DNA of 64,000 nt from an uncultured Clostridia bacterium (GCA_944350265.1 CALVOG010000001.1:149470-213469); one strand, 5' to 3'; shown: positions 24,721-34,051, counted from the stretch's first letter. Numbers and translations are program-made. Notes: generated from the sequence alone by a model not told the origin.

Positions 24721-26556
24721 TTATTCTCCTTCTTTTAAAAGTTTTTTGTGAGCCATAATATGCTCCAAAAAGTTATTTTCAATCTCGCTGGTTGCGTTCT
24801 TTTCGTATTCGCCAGAAAGCATAAACGCAATATGCTCATCGATGTGAAGTTTGTTATCGTCAATCACTTTAACATCCACCTTTTCGCCGTCTAACAGTGC
24901 AAGGTTTTCGTTGTCCGCCCGACGAGTGTGAAGAGCCTGCAAGTTTTTGGCGCTCTCCCAATTACCAAAGCCCAAAATTTCCAAAATCTTCCCTTTAACG
25001 CTTTCAGTTAACTTGCCGTTCTCGTCATAGAGAATGCCCTTATCTAAGAGCGTATAAATCATATTTCGCCTTTGCGTTAAGGTTTCAGCGCCGTCACTTT
25101 CGGTTTCAAACTGAACGTCGTCACTTGAAATATCGCTCGACTTAAAGTAAAAAATCTCTGGCGAACCATTGTCTCCAACAATTTTAAGTAGACGCGGAAT
25201 GTTGGCAAACTGCTTATACAGCCTTAAAATTTGCTTACCAATACTTTTAATCGCACTCTTTATGCTGTCGGTTGTGAAGGAAAGCCGAGTTTGGTTTTCG
25301 TCTAAAAGTAATTCAAGTGCCACACCGCTCACCGACGCTGAAATGGTGGTTAAATCGCCCATTTCCGACATTCCGCACAAAGTGGTAAATTCCTCCAAAA
25401 GTTTTTCCTCTTCCTTTTCAAATGCGGTTGGCAAATTTTCGTTTGCAAGGTATTTTGGCGCGTCCGCACCTTGGCGATACACCAAAATTTTCCCAGGCGC
25501 TAAACCTTCATCCTCCAAATTTTCCACATCCACACTGCCATCCTCAACCGCCAAAACTCCCAAAGTGAGCCTATTAAGAAATTCGTGCTTGCGATTTTTA
25601 ACCGCGTTATATGCCCGTTGAAGAGGTATCATTCTTTCAATCAAACTTCTTCCCCAAAACGAGCCAACCTCGTCACAACAAACCTGCTTCACAAATGGGA
25701 AATCTCGCTTGCCGTCGATGCCGTTGACGTATGGCAATTCACCGTCAAAAACAAGCTCGTCGCCTGCAACGATGATAAGCCGTCCATTCGGCGCGTCCTC
25801 ACTTGGACGGATGTATTTTTCGATAACGAGGTTCGCATCCCTCTTCACGCTCGCATTAAGTTTGGTGCCAATGCCGTTATATCCAAGCCCGCCTGTTGAA
25901 TACGAGGCGTCGAGCGAGAACACGTTGATGTCCTTCCCTTCCACACTCACGCCATACATCTTTTCAATCTCTTTGGCGGAGTAGACTTTCGCGTGAATTA
26001 CGCTTTGGCAGTCCTCCAAACTTTCCGCCGTGACGCTATCGGGGTAGATTTCAAACGGCGAGCAAACGGCAATGTCCACATCGCCCGCTTTAATCTTCCG
26101 TCCGCTGTCCTCAATCGCCACAACCTGCCCTAGGTTTGGGTTCCAAAGCACCTTATAGAAGCAAGTTCCGCAAAGTTCGCTCCACTTTGTGGCTTGGTTA
26201 ATCTTCTTGGAAAGGCTATGCTTTGCCGACACCGAATCCAAAATTTTTTTGGAAAGTTTTGCCGTGTAAACATCCTTTTCATCGTTCGTCGCTGGCACAA
26301 CGTAAAGTTTCGGTCTTATCGCTGAAAGTTTGGAAAGGCGTAAATCAACCTTTGGTGCGATATGGTTGAAAACCTCTCGCTCTTGCCAAAAATACTGCCT
26401 GTCCATATCCTCCACAATACCACCAAAACCAATCGTCGAAAATTGGTTGCCCATATAGAAGTCCATATTCAACTTCCACTGCGTTTCAAACGGTTTTCGC
26501 TCGATTGCGCGACGCTCAAAATCTTCTAAAACCTCTTTAACCAAATCACTTTTCAT
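24721..26556 (-). CDS. phage portal protein
   Basis: About 611 aa, in the position upstream of scaffold and capsid, with a portal-like N-terminal segment (QWKLNMDFYMGNQF). Start set to MKSDLVKEV (26556), which has a GGAGG RBS. Confidence 0.7.
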   Translation of the reverse strand: MKSDLVKEVLEDFERRAIERKPFETQWKLNMDFYMGNQFSTIGFGGIVEDMDRQYFWQEREVFNHIAPKVDLRLSKLSAIRPKLYVVPATNDEKDVYTAKLSKKILDSVSAKHSLSKKINQATKWSELCGTCFYKVLWNPNLGQVVAIEDSGRKIKAGDVDIAVCSPFEIYPDSVTAESLEDCQSVIHAKVYSAKEIEKMYGVSVEGKDINVFSLDASYSTGGLGYNGIGTKLNASVKRDANLVIEKYIRPSEDAPNGRLIIVAGDELVFDGELPYVNGIDGKRDFPFVKQVCCDEVGSFWGRSLIERMIPLQRAYNAVKNRKHEFLNRLTLGVLAVEDGSVDVENLEDEGLAPGKILVYRQGADAPKYLANENLPTAFEKEEEKLLEEFTTLCGMSEMGDLTTISASVSGVALELLLDENQTRLSFTTDSIKSAIKSIGKQILRLYKQFANIPRLLKIVGDNGSPEIFYFKSSDISSDDVQFETESDGAETLTQRRNMIYTLLDKGILYDENGKLTESVKGKILEILGFGNWESAKNLQALHTRRADNENLALLDGEKVDVKVIDDNKLHIDEHIAFMLSGEYEKNATSEIENNFLEHIMAHKKLLKEGE

Positions 26557-26773
26557 TTTTCCTCCTTGATATCGCTCTGTTGGGTTTAAAGTGCGACTCC
26601 ACTGCCTTTGGCACGAAAAGTTTGGCAAGTTCTTCATAGAGCGATTTCAAACACTCTTCGCAAAACGCAAACTCGTTTCGAATAAACCCGCGAGTTGAGA
26701 TGTAATATTTTGCAAGGTGTCGACAACCACTTGAATCGCACTTAACAATATGGCGACATTTTTCAACTTTCAC
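26546..26773 (-). CDS. small Cys-rich (zinc-finger-like) protein, 75 aa
   Basis: Cys residues at positions 6, 12, 17, 38 and 41 (CRHIVKCDSSGC ... CEEC). It occupies the slot where a large terminase is expected and overlaps both neighbours. Confidence 0.45.
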   Translation of the reverse strand: MKVEKCRHIVKCDSSGCRHLAKYYISTRGFIRNEFAFCEECLKSLYEELAKLFVPKAVESHFKPNRAISRRKNEK

Positions 26774-27038
26774 TTTTTTCCTCCTTTAATAATTTCAAAA
26801 GTCGCTTTTTCTCTTTTTTAAGTTCGGTAAGAGTCATATGTGAAAGTTCGTCGTCAAAAACGCCCTCCTTTTCCATTAAAATCTTAACGGCGCTGATATC
26901 TGGCGGGTTATATTTCTTCGTCACCTTGCGCCTATTTAAAACTTCGTTGCCGTCTTTGTCGAGTGTGTATTCTTCCACCACCTCGTCGCTGGAAAAGCCG
27001 AGTGCCTTTTTTAAAAGTGCCTTTCTTATCTCCTCCAC
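26763..27038 (-). CDS. small terminase-like / phage DNA-packaging accessory protein (91 aa, GTG start)
   Basis: GGAGG then 4 nt then GTG. The segment KALGFSSDEVVEEYTLDKDGNEV..RKVTKKYNPPDISAVKILME resembles the C-terminal part of Firmicutes phage TerS proteins (pattern ...K.V.PD..A.IFWLKNR). Confidence 0.35.
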   Translation of the reverse strand: MEEIRKALLKKALGFSSDEVVEEYTLDKDGNEVLNRRKVTKKYNPPDISAVKILMEKEGVFDDELSHMTLTELKKEKKRLLKLLKEEKSES

Positions 27039-27068
27039 ACAACCTCCTTTTTTGCAACTTTCGCTTAA

Positions 27069-27097
27069 AGTTTAAAAGCAAAACTTCGCTATTTCAA
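27069..27097 (-). promoter_or_regulatory. candidate sigma-A promoter of the phage-like operon
   Basis: Minus strand TTGAAA, 17-nt spacer, TAAACT, about 30 nt upstream of the GTG start. Confidence 0.35.
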
Positions 27098-27273
27098 GTT
27101 TTTATGTCACAAACCACAACTTGCGGTGTTAAAATTTTATCAATGCGTAGTTTTCTTCAACACATTAGTTTCGCTTATATGGCACACTCTTTTAATTTTT
27201 ATAACAAAAATAGATATAGCCTTTCGGCACAATTTTTTCTAAGGATAATATGATGTTATTGTAGAGGCAAAAG

Positions 27274-28041
27274 ATGAATGAGATTTTGAAGTTCGAAAAC
27301 GTAAACTATTTTTACCAAACTAAGGATGATGAAATTTTCGCAATCGATAATTTGAGTTTCAACGTGCTTGAAAATGAGTTCGTTTCTATTGTTGGTCCCA
27401 GCGGTTGTGGCAAAACCACAATTCTTTCCCTAATCGCTGGGCTTCTTTCGCCAAGTTCTGGCAAAGTTATGCTTGACGGCTCCACCAAAATCGACAGGCG
27501 AAAAATTGGATATATGTTCCAACGAGATATGCTCTTCGATTGGCGCTCGGTTTGGAAAAACATCACCCTTGGGCTGGAACTTAAAAAGGAAGACGTGAAG
27601 AAAAAACTTGAACTTGCCGAAGAACTCCTCAAAAAATACAACCTCTACAATTTCAAAAACAAAAAACCATCCTCGCTGAGTGGTGGTATGCGACAGCGCG
27701 TGGCACTCATTCGAACCCTTGTTTTGGAGCCTAGACTGCTTCTACTTGACGAGCCGTTTTCGGCACTTGACTACCAAACTCGCCTTAACCTTTGCGACGA
27801 TGTTTACGACATCATAAAAAAGGAAAAAAAGACGGCAATTTTGGTGACGCACGACATTGCCGAAGCGATTTCAATGAGTGATAAAATAATCGTCCTATCC
27901 TCACGCCCAGCACGCGTCAAGGACGAAATTACCTTAAACCTAGCGGGCAAAACGCCACTCAAAAAGCGAGATGATGACTCTTTCCGTGGATACTTTGAAA
28001 AGATTTGGGGAGAACTTACAAATGAAGAAAAAAATAACTAA
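27274..28041 (+). CDS. ABC transporter ATP-binding protein (NitT/TauT nitrate/sulfonate/taurine family)
   Basis: Walker A GPSGCGKTT, signature LSGGMRQRV, Walker B LLLDEPFSALD, H-loop VTHD. Confidence 0.85.
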   Translation: MNEILKFENVNYFYQTKDDEIFAIDNLSFNVLENEFVSIVGPSGCGKTTILSLIAGLLSPSSGKVMLDGSTKIDRRKIGYMFQRDMLFDWRSVWKNITLGLELKKEDVKKKLELAEELLKKYNLYNFKNKKPSSLSGGMRQRVALIRTLVLEPRLLLLDEPFSALDYQTRLNLCDDVYDIIKKEKKTAILVTHDIAEAISMSDKIIVLSSRPARVKDEITLNLAGKTPLKKRDDDSFRGYFEKIWGELTNEEKNN

Positions 28042-28825
28042 TTTTTCATTAGCACACAAAAAATATGTAAAAAAACTGAAAAAAGATAAGTTTTTGGTGA
28101 TTTTTTTTAGAATTTTTGTGTTAGTGGCGTTTTTGGGCTTGTGGGAACTTCTAACTTACACCAAAGCGCTCGACCCATTTTTCGTGTCCAGCCCGTCAAG
28201 AATTATAAAACAACTTGAAAGTATGATTTCTTCTGGCACGCTTTTTCATCACACCTTTGTGACGCTCTATGAAACCCTCATCGGCTTTCTTATTGCAACC
28301 GTCTTAGGCTACCTCATCGCGGTCGGGCTTTGGTGGAATGAAAAAGTGCGAAAGGTGTTTGAGCCATACATCGTCGTTCTCAATTCTCTGCCAAAAATCG
28401 CCTTAGGACCGATTATCATTCTTTGGGTGGGTGCTGGCACAAACGCGATAATTTTGATGTGCGTTTTAATATGTATCGTCATCACCACAATGAGTATGCT
28501 TTCGGCGTTTTTAAATTGCGACGAAGGGAAAATTTTACTTCTTAAAAGTATGAACGCCAACAAATTTCAAATTCTTTGGAAACTCATCCTCCCCGCATCA
28601 ATGAAAGACTTTATCTCGGTTTTAAAAATCAATGTTGGAATGAGTTTTGTGGGTAGCATTATGGGTGAATACTTAACAAGTAAGGCAGGGCTTGGCTATC
28701 TTATCGTCTACGGCGGACAAATTTTCAAAATCGACCTCGTGATGAGCGCCACCTTCATTCTTTGCATTCTCGCCTATCTTCTATACGCCATCGTCAGCCT
28801 TATTGAAAAGAAGTATCGAAACTAG
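28022..28825 (+). CDS. ABC transporter permease (NitT/TauT family, BPD-type)
   Basis: Six TM segments. Start set to MKKKITNF (28022), which overlaps the ATPase stop by 20 nt. No binding-protein gene is adjacent. Confidence 0.75.
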   Translation: MKKKITNFSLAHKKYVKKLKKDKFLVIFFRIFVLVAFLGLWELLTYTKALDPFFVSSPSRIIKQLESMISSGTLFHHTFVTLYETLIGFLIATVLGYLIAVGLWWNEKVRKVFEPYIVVLNSLPKIALGPIIILWVGAGTNAIILMCVLICIVITTMSMLSAFLNCDEGKILLLKSMNANKFQILWKLILPASMKDFISVLKINVGMSFVGSIMGEYLTSKAGLGYLIVYGGQIFKIDLVMSATFILCILAYLLYAIVSLIEKKYRN

Positions 28826-28846
28826 GAGTTAAAACAGCAATAGCTA

Positions 28847-29162
28847 ATGTGGTATCATTAGAATTTTGTAAGCCGTTCTTCGACGAGATTCTTCGCTGGC
28901 GTCAGCGTTGCTTCCTTGCTCAGAATGACAAATAACTGCTTTGCCTTCGGTATAAGCGACACTGCAAACACATGACACTTTAGTAAGTGATAGCGTAGTT
29001 GTAACATAACTCATAACGTAAGGCGACACTGCTAAATGTCATTCTGAGCGAAGCGAAGAATCTCGTCGTAGCACCCGCCCGCGTATGTCTATTCTATCCT
29101 CTTGTTGCTAGTAAAACACGGCTAAACCCAAAACGCACCTCACATCCAAGCGCGCTTGGTCA
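28847..29162. repeat. mosaic intergenic repeat cluster L3 (B-rev, Y-rev, X, long Z)
   Basis: B-rev at 28847-28930, reversed Y fragment at 28925-28995, X at 29037-29071, long Z ending in the palindrome ccaagcgcgcttgg at 29146-29159. Confidence 0.9.
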
Positions 29163-29424
29163 TAAAAAAATACTTAGCGTAAAGATAAACGCTAAGCATT
29201 TTTTAGAATTGTTAAAATGATGTTTTTTAGAGTTTGTATAACGCAACTGACGCTAAGCATCACAATATTCACTCAAAATTCGAACCCCACTAAATCCTCA
29301 ATAAGGTTTGCATTACAAAAATAATTTCACAACACTCACTAAAATTCGAACCTACACTAAATCATTTAACAGCCAAATGACACTTATAATAAATCTCGCG
29401 CTAGGCTAAATCTCGCAACTCACA

Positions 29425-30066
29425 CTAAGCCTCAGCCTCTTCTTGCTGAGTAAATTCAACCTCATAGGTGATGTGAACAAAGAAGTTTTTAACAACCTCG
29501 TCGTTGTCGTTTAAAAAAGCGTAATAAAAATATCCGTCGTTAGTGTCCGCGCTTCCCTGACAACCCCACTCGCCGTCGACGCCCAAAAGCCACTCAACAT
29601 CCATAACCACGTAGCCGTTTTTAACATTTTCGATTGCGCCTTCAAGCGTTTTATTTTTGCTGACAATTTCAAACTTCGTTGCCTCGTCAGGTATTAAAAG
29701 TTGAAGTTCGAAAAAGTCGGTGTGGTAACTTGCCGTTGTGTCGTCGTAAATTTTGTTTCCATCGGCGTCCATTGGCGTGGAATTTTTTTCGCAGTCCGCA
29801 ATTAAAACACTGCCCGCCACCTTAACATTAAACTCTGTCAACTCGCCATATTCACCAAATAACTGCACTCTTTCTGCCGAATCGTTTTCCGCCAAAAAAG
29901 ATTTTTTTGCACTGGTCTCAACCGTAGCTGTCACACCAGGAACATTCATAACGCCCTGCACGCGCACCTCGTCAGGCTCACCGCCACCGCACGCCGTCAA
30001 AAGGAAGAGCGCTGGAATTAAAAATAGCGCAAGCAAAATTGCCGAAAATACTTTTGATTTTGTCAT
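29425..30066 (-). CDS. lipoprotein of unknown function (213 aa)
   Basis: Signal peptide plus lipobox LFLLTAC. No family recognised. Confidence 0.6.
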   Translation of the reverse strand: MTKSKVFSAILLALFLIPALFLLTACGGGEPDEVRVQGVMNVPGVTATVETSAKKSFLAENDSAERVQLFGEYGELTEFNVKVAGSVLIADCEKNSTPMDADGNKIYDDTTASYHTDFFELQLLIPDEATKFEIVSKNKTLEGAIENVKNGYVVMDVEWLLGVDGEWGCQGSADTNDGYFYYAFLNDNDEVVKNFFVHITYEVEFTQQEEAEA

Positions 30067-30120
30067 AATTTTTACCTCATAGAGTAATATACCACACTTT
30101 CAAGTTATTTGCAAACAATT

Positions 30121-30333
30121 TTCAAAGATTAAAAATTAATTTCATTTTCGTTTCAAGTTTTAGCAATTAATTTTGTTCTCATTTCAAGATTACAGATTAA
30201 TTTCGCTTTCATTTCAAGGCTATAGATTAATTTTGATTTTATTTCAAAGTTTATCAATTAATTTTGATTTCATTTCAAGATTACAGATTAATTTCGCTTT
30301 CATTTCAAGGTTTATCAATTTATTTTGGTTTTT
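30121..30333. repeat. about 30-bp tandem array, 7 units
   Basis: Units tttcaag(a/g)(t/c)ta(c/t)agattaattt(c/t)g(c/a)tttca. Units 3 and 6 are identical (30182-30211 and 30273-30302), which gives a 91-bp higher-order period. Confidence 0.9.
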
Positions 30334-31306
30334 CAATAATCTTTTTCTTTTTAAAGGAAAATAAAAAGAAGAAAAGTTCGCATATGCCAAGCACCGACGC
30401 GAGCGGATAGAGGTTGGAAACAATAAGTGAAAACCCAATTTCGCTTATAAGAAACGGCAAAATTATGGCAAAAAATGCTCCCCAAAAATCATTTTTACTA
30501 AGCCCGTCAACTGACGATTTAATCGTTAAACAAAGCGAAAAAAGTGTGGTTATGCATCCAATCAAAATCACCGAATAGCAAAGGAGAAAGAAGAGAAAAT
30601 TGTTTTGGCAGAGGAACAAAAAAGGCATATCAGCGTCATAACTGTTGGCGTGCGAGATTAGCACAAAATTTGCAAAAATTAGAAACACCAAAAGCAAAAA
30701 CGACGTTAAAAAACTCACCCAAAACACTTGCTTTTTGTTTAACCCCACACCTGCGCGACTGACAATGAATGTGCTTGTTGAAAAGTTTAGCGCAACATAG
30801 AGCGGGCTGTAAAAACAACCGAGTGGCGCCATACTTAACTCTGAAATTTCCACTTGCTGAAAGGACGCATAAAAAAGCACAATGAGAAAGACAAAAACAC
30901 AAATCGGCATAAGAAAAAAAGTCACTTTTTCGAGCGCATTAATTCCTTTAAGCGTGATGAAGAATGTGATGAGAAGAAGTCCCGCGCAAAGCAAAACATA
31001 CATAACTGAATTCGAAAATTTAAACAAACTTTTAAGCCCCGCAAACATTGACGAGGTGAAAACTATTGAAATAAAAATCAAAATTATGTTGACAATTTTA
31101 AGTTTCTCCAATCGCTCTATCACAAATTTCCCCTTAGATAAAAAGAGGTAAAAAAGGAGGAAAAACAGCGCCGACGCTAAGAAGATATATAAATAGGAAA
31201 GCGCGCCAAACCGCGTGAAAAAAACAAGAATTTCCTTGCCACTTGAAAAGCCCGACCCAACGATGGTGCCGAACAATAAAAACACAGTTAAAAGCACCTT
31301 GCGCAT
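30320..31306 (-). CDS. YkvI-like multi-pass membrane protein (328 aa)
   Basis: N-terminal FGTIVGSGFSSGKEILVFF resembles the YkvI/transporter family. About 10 TM segments. Confidence 0.5.
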   Translation of the reverse strand: MRKVLLTVFLLFGTIVGSGFSSGKEILVFFTRFGALSYLYIFLASALFFLLFYLFLSKGKFVIERLEKLKIVNIILIFISIVFTSSMFAGLKSLFKFSNSVMYVLLCAGLLLITFFITLKGINALEKVTFFLMPICVFVFLIVLFYASFQQVEISELSMAPLGCFYSPLYVALNFSTSTFIVSRAGVGLNKKQVFWVSFLTSFLLLVFLIFANFVLISHANSYDADMPFLFLCQNNFLFFLLCYSVILIGCITTLFSLCLTIKSSVDGLSKNDFWGAFFAIILPFLISEIGFSLIVSNLYPLASVLGICELFFFLFSFKKKKIIEKPK

Positions 31307-31450
31307 AAAAAATGTTTATGTTACAACCGCGAAAAAAAGACGCCTTACTTAAAACAAAAGCTCTATTAATAATCCAAGTATGCATATTCTTAAAATACAT
31401 ATTGAAATAAATTCTTTTTAAGAGGTAATTGTAAAATCTTTGAAAGCAAT

Positions 31451-31530
31451 ATCTACGACGAGATTCTTCGCTGGCGTCGCATTGCTTCTTGCTCAGAATG
31501 ACATTTAGCGGTATCACCGCGGTATAAGTT
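31451..31530. repeat. mosaic repeat L4 (single B-rev copy)
   Basis: Sequence: ctacgacgagattcttcgctggcgtcgcattgcttcttgctcagaatgacatttagcggtatcaccgcggtataag. Confidence 0.85.
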
Positions 31531-31609
31531 AAATTACAATCACAACTATTTACTTCCCTAAAACACAGCCAAAAGTCGAAGTGTATTTTTGAATGTTTAC
31601 GAATTAAAT

Positions 31610-32203
31610 TCAAATGAGGCTATAGATTTCGTTTCGATGTTTATAAGCATACCTTATGCACCTTTGATGAGCGTCGTCAACGCTTTGTGTTCCGTGCGTT
31701 TTCGAACCTTTAAAATGTAAGCAAAGATGCCCGCCGAGGTCATTTTCGCCCTTGTTCTCGCCGTGAGGAAAGCCAGCAAGCGACGCGCAAAAGAAAACAT
31801 TTTCGCCATATTCAACAAATACGGGGCGACGCTCCCACGACGGCACTCCGTCATAGATTTCAGCAAGAAGCATCGTGTTATTTTGGTCAATCGTTTCAAT
31901 GTCAGCGTGATTTTTACCGCCCACCCGCTCAACAAAAATGCAAATACCCGACTTAATATCAATAATACGAAAGGGCGTAAAATTCTTCAAAATTGCGTTT
32001 GCCGTTTCCCAATCAATGCACAGAACTTTGATTTCATCGTCAAATTCCAGCGCAATTTCGTTCTCTCTTAAGTTATTAATTTCAATTGCATTTTTTTCGG
32101 TTATGTTGGTGTAGTTCGAAAAAATAGGATAAGGAAATAGACAGGCAAACAACCCTGCCGATAGCGAAAAAACAATGATATAAATAAGCAATTTTGTGCG
32201 CAT
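31610..32203 (-). CDS. hypothetical exported/membrane-anchored protein (197 aa)
   Basis: N-terminal TM/signal segment. No family recognised. Confidence 0.45.
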   Translation of the reverse strand: MRTKLLIYIIVFSLSAGLFACLFPYPIFSNYTNITEKNAIEINNLRENEIALEFDDEIKVLCIDWETANAILKNFTPFRIIDIKSGICIFVERVGGKNHADIETIDQNNTMLLAEIYDGVPSWERRPVFVEYGENVFFCASLAGFPHGENKGENDLGGHLCLHFKGSKTHGTQSVDDAHQRCIRYAYKHRNEIYSLI

Positions 32204-32339
32204 AAAATTAGTTTACATAAAAATTCCATTTTAATGCTTTCAAACTAAATTTTCTTAGATATTCACAAAATATTTACGCAAACCAAATTAATTTTCCATA
32301 AAAATTTTTACGCAAGCCTTATCAAATTTTCGCAATAAT

Positions 32340-32438
32340 TCCTATAATAAGTTTTCAAAATCCTATAATAAGTTTACAATCCTATAATAAGTTTACAATC
32401 CTATAATAAGTTTACAATCCAATAATAGGTTTTCACAA
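32340..32438. repeat. 19-bp tandem repeat, 5 units
   Basis: tcctataataagtttacaa is identical in 3 copies (32361, 32380, 32399), flanked by two degenerate 21-bp copies. Confidence 0.9.
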
Positions 32439-32657
32439 TAATTCAAATTTCCTTAAACTTTACTATCATTAAATAACATTCGTATAAAAAATTAATAAAT
32501 TTCTCTAATTTTTTTAAACCAAGCCTTTTAAAACAAATATTTTTTATCATTAAATTTAATTTTAAAAAAAACAAGATATGGTGGTATTATGCATTGCATA
32601 CTACACTATATCTTGTGCATTAACTAAAAAATTACGTAGAATTAAGTTTAAGCCGTT

Positions 32658-33092
32658 TTATTTATTAATGCCTTCGCGCGCATTGATTTTGGCAAGATAT
32701 TCCTTCTTTTTTGCCCTAATTCCAATATCTTCAATTTCGCCAACGCGAGTCACCTCTCTAAGCCAAAGTTCGTTGTCTTTATACCTTTCATCTTTCTCTT
32801 CCAAGGTTGTTAAATAGTTAAAAACGCTCTTTGAAGCGACGTTATATAGCCTCAACATCTCCACCTTGTTTTGCGCGATTTTTTTTGGTAATACTAGGAA
32901 AATTTCTGGGCAAATTTTAATCATCTCTTCGCAAGTTTGCGTGTCATAATCGTCGGTAAGCACCTTGTCGTCCATACTCACAAAGTTGACAGCAAGATAT
33001 TCTCGCGTAACATCATCAACGAACATATTATTGCCCTCGTTGCCAAACTTATCCACATATTTTCGTCCATCTAAAAACATTTTTGCTTTCAT
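32658..33092 (-). CDS. hypothetical cytoplasmic protein (144 aa)
   Basis: Intact ORF with an AAGGAGTG RBS. No family recognised. Confidence 0.45.
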   Translation of the reverse strand: MKAKMFLDGRKYVDKFGNEGNNMFVDDVTREYLAVNFVSMDDKVLTDDYDTQTCEEMIKICPEIFLVLPKKIAQNKVEMLRLYNVASKSVFNYLTTLEEKDERYKDNELWLREVTRVGEIEDIGIRAKKKEYLAKINAREGINK

Positions 33093-33158
33093 AAATTCAC
33101 TCCTTCGTTTTTAATTTTATCACACTTTTTGTGAAATTGCAATACCCCTAATGAACAT

Positions 33159-33893
33159 TTACACATATTCCACTTTTTTTAGATAAAGTCCGTTTGGTGG
33201 CATAGTTTTCCCAACCAAACTGCGGTCACCTGTTTTGAGCGCCATATTGATATTTTCCTCGCCGATTTTATCTATTTGAAGAAGAGTGCCAACGATAATT
33301 CGAACCATATTATATAGGAAGCCGTCGCCTGTGATTTCAAAAAGAATGCGACTGGCGCTCTTTCTAATTTTAAGGTCAAAAATCTCCCTTTCGTGGGTTT
33401 TCACCGTGGCATTGGACGCGCAAAAAGCCTTGAAATTATGTCGCCCAATGAAGATATTGCTTGCGCTTTGCATTCTTTCAAAGTTGATTTTATAAGGATA
33501 ATATGTCACGCGGTCGTAGTCAATGGCGCGCCTCGTTTTTCTTGTGTCAACAACATAAACATATGTCTTGCGCTTAGCAGAAAACCTAGGGTGAAAATCA
33601 ACAGGTGCCAAACCCACTTTTTTCACCACAACATCCTGCGGAAGCAACTTGTTTAGCGCAACTTTGAAGTTTTGAAGAGGTATTGGCGAGTGCGTTGAAA
33701 ATGTTGCAACCTGCCCCAGCGCGTGAACGCCTTTATCGGTGCGCCCACTCCCCTCCAAACTAACCTCCTCACCCGTCAAAAGCGCAATTTTTTCCTCTAA
33801 AACTCCCTGCACAGTGCGCTTAGATTTTTGTTTTTGCCAGCCGAAAAAATTTGCTCCGTTATACTCAACCAAAATTAAAATATTTCTTTCCAT
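33159..33893 (-). CDS. truA: tRNA pseudouridine(38-40) synthase
   Basis: YNGANFFGWQKQ, catalytic GRTDKGVHA, FLYNMVR. Start set to MERNILIL (33893). Confidence 0.9.
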   Translation of the reverse strand: MERNILILVEYNGANFFGWQKQKSKRTVQGVLEEKIALLTGEEVSLEGSGRTDKGVHALGQVATFSTHSPIPLQNFKVALNKLLPQDVVVKKVGLAPVDFHPRFSAKRKTYVYVVDTRKTRRAIDYDRVTYYPYKINFERMQSASNIFIGRHNFKAFCASNATVKTHEREIFDLKIRKSASRILFEITGDGFLYNMVRIIVGTLLQIDKIGEENINMALKTGDRSLVGKTMPPNGLYLKKVEYV

Positions 33894-33967
33894 ATTCCTA
33901 TTATATAGCCCCAGCATAATTTTGTCTATATTTTTTGCAAAACTTTAGAAAAACACTTTTTAAATGT

Positions 33968-34051
33968 GAATTGTTTATTTAAGAAAAAGCAAGACCTCAA
34001 AGATAAAGCGAATTGTTTGTTTTAGGAAAAACAAGACATTAAAGATAAAGC
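33968..34051. repeat. 2 x 42-bp direct repeat upstream of the PFOR promoter
   Basis: gaattgtttatttaagaaaaagcaagacctcaaagataaagc and gaattgtttgttttaggaaaaacaagacattaaagataaagc. Confidence 0.85.

Larger units (their letters stand above)
19247..27097 (-). mobile_element. phage-derived head-morphogenesis plus holin module (prophage remnant or domesticated element)
   Basis: Ten co-oriented genes, several coupled by overlapping stop/start codons (but with 97-bp and 257-bp gaps at 20055-20151 and 22516-22772): TerS-like, Zn-finger, portal, scaffold, capsid, 106 aa, 185 aa, 501 aa, BhlA holin, holin. The module or its flanks contain no large terminase, protease, tail, integrase, repressor or endolysin. 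Confidence 0.7.

Noticed and set aside
19247-27097. A complete inducible prophage
   Set aside because: There is no integrase, repressor, replication genes, large terminase, tail, tail fibre or endolysin in the module or its flanks, and the flanks are housekeeping genes.
30121-30333. Possible CRISPR array, because of regular ~30-bp units
   Set aside because: The units are contiguous with no unique spacers and are degenerate versions of one another. No cas genes or leader are present. This is a plain tandem repeat.
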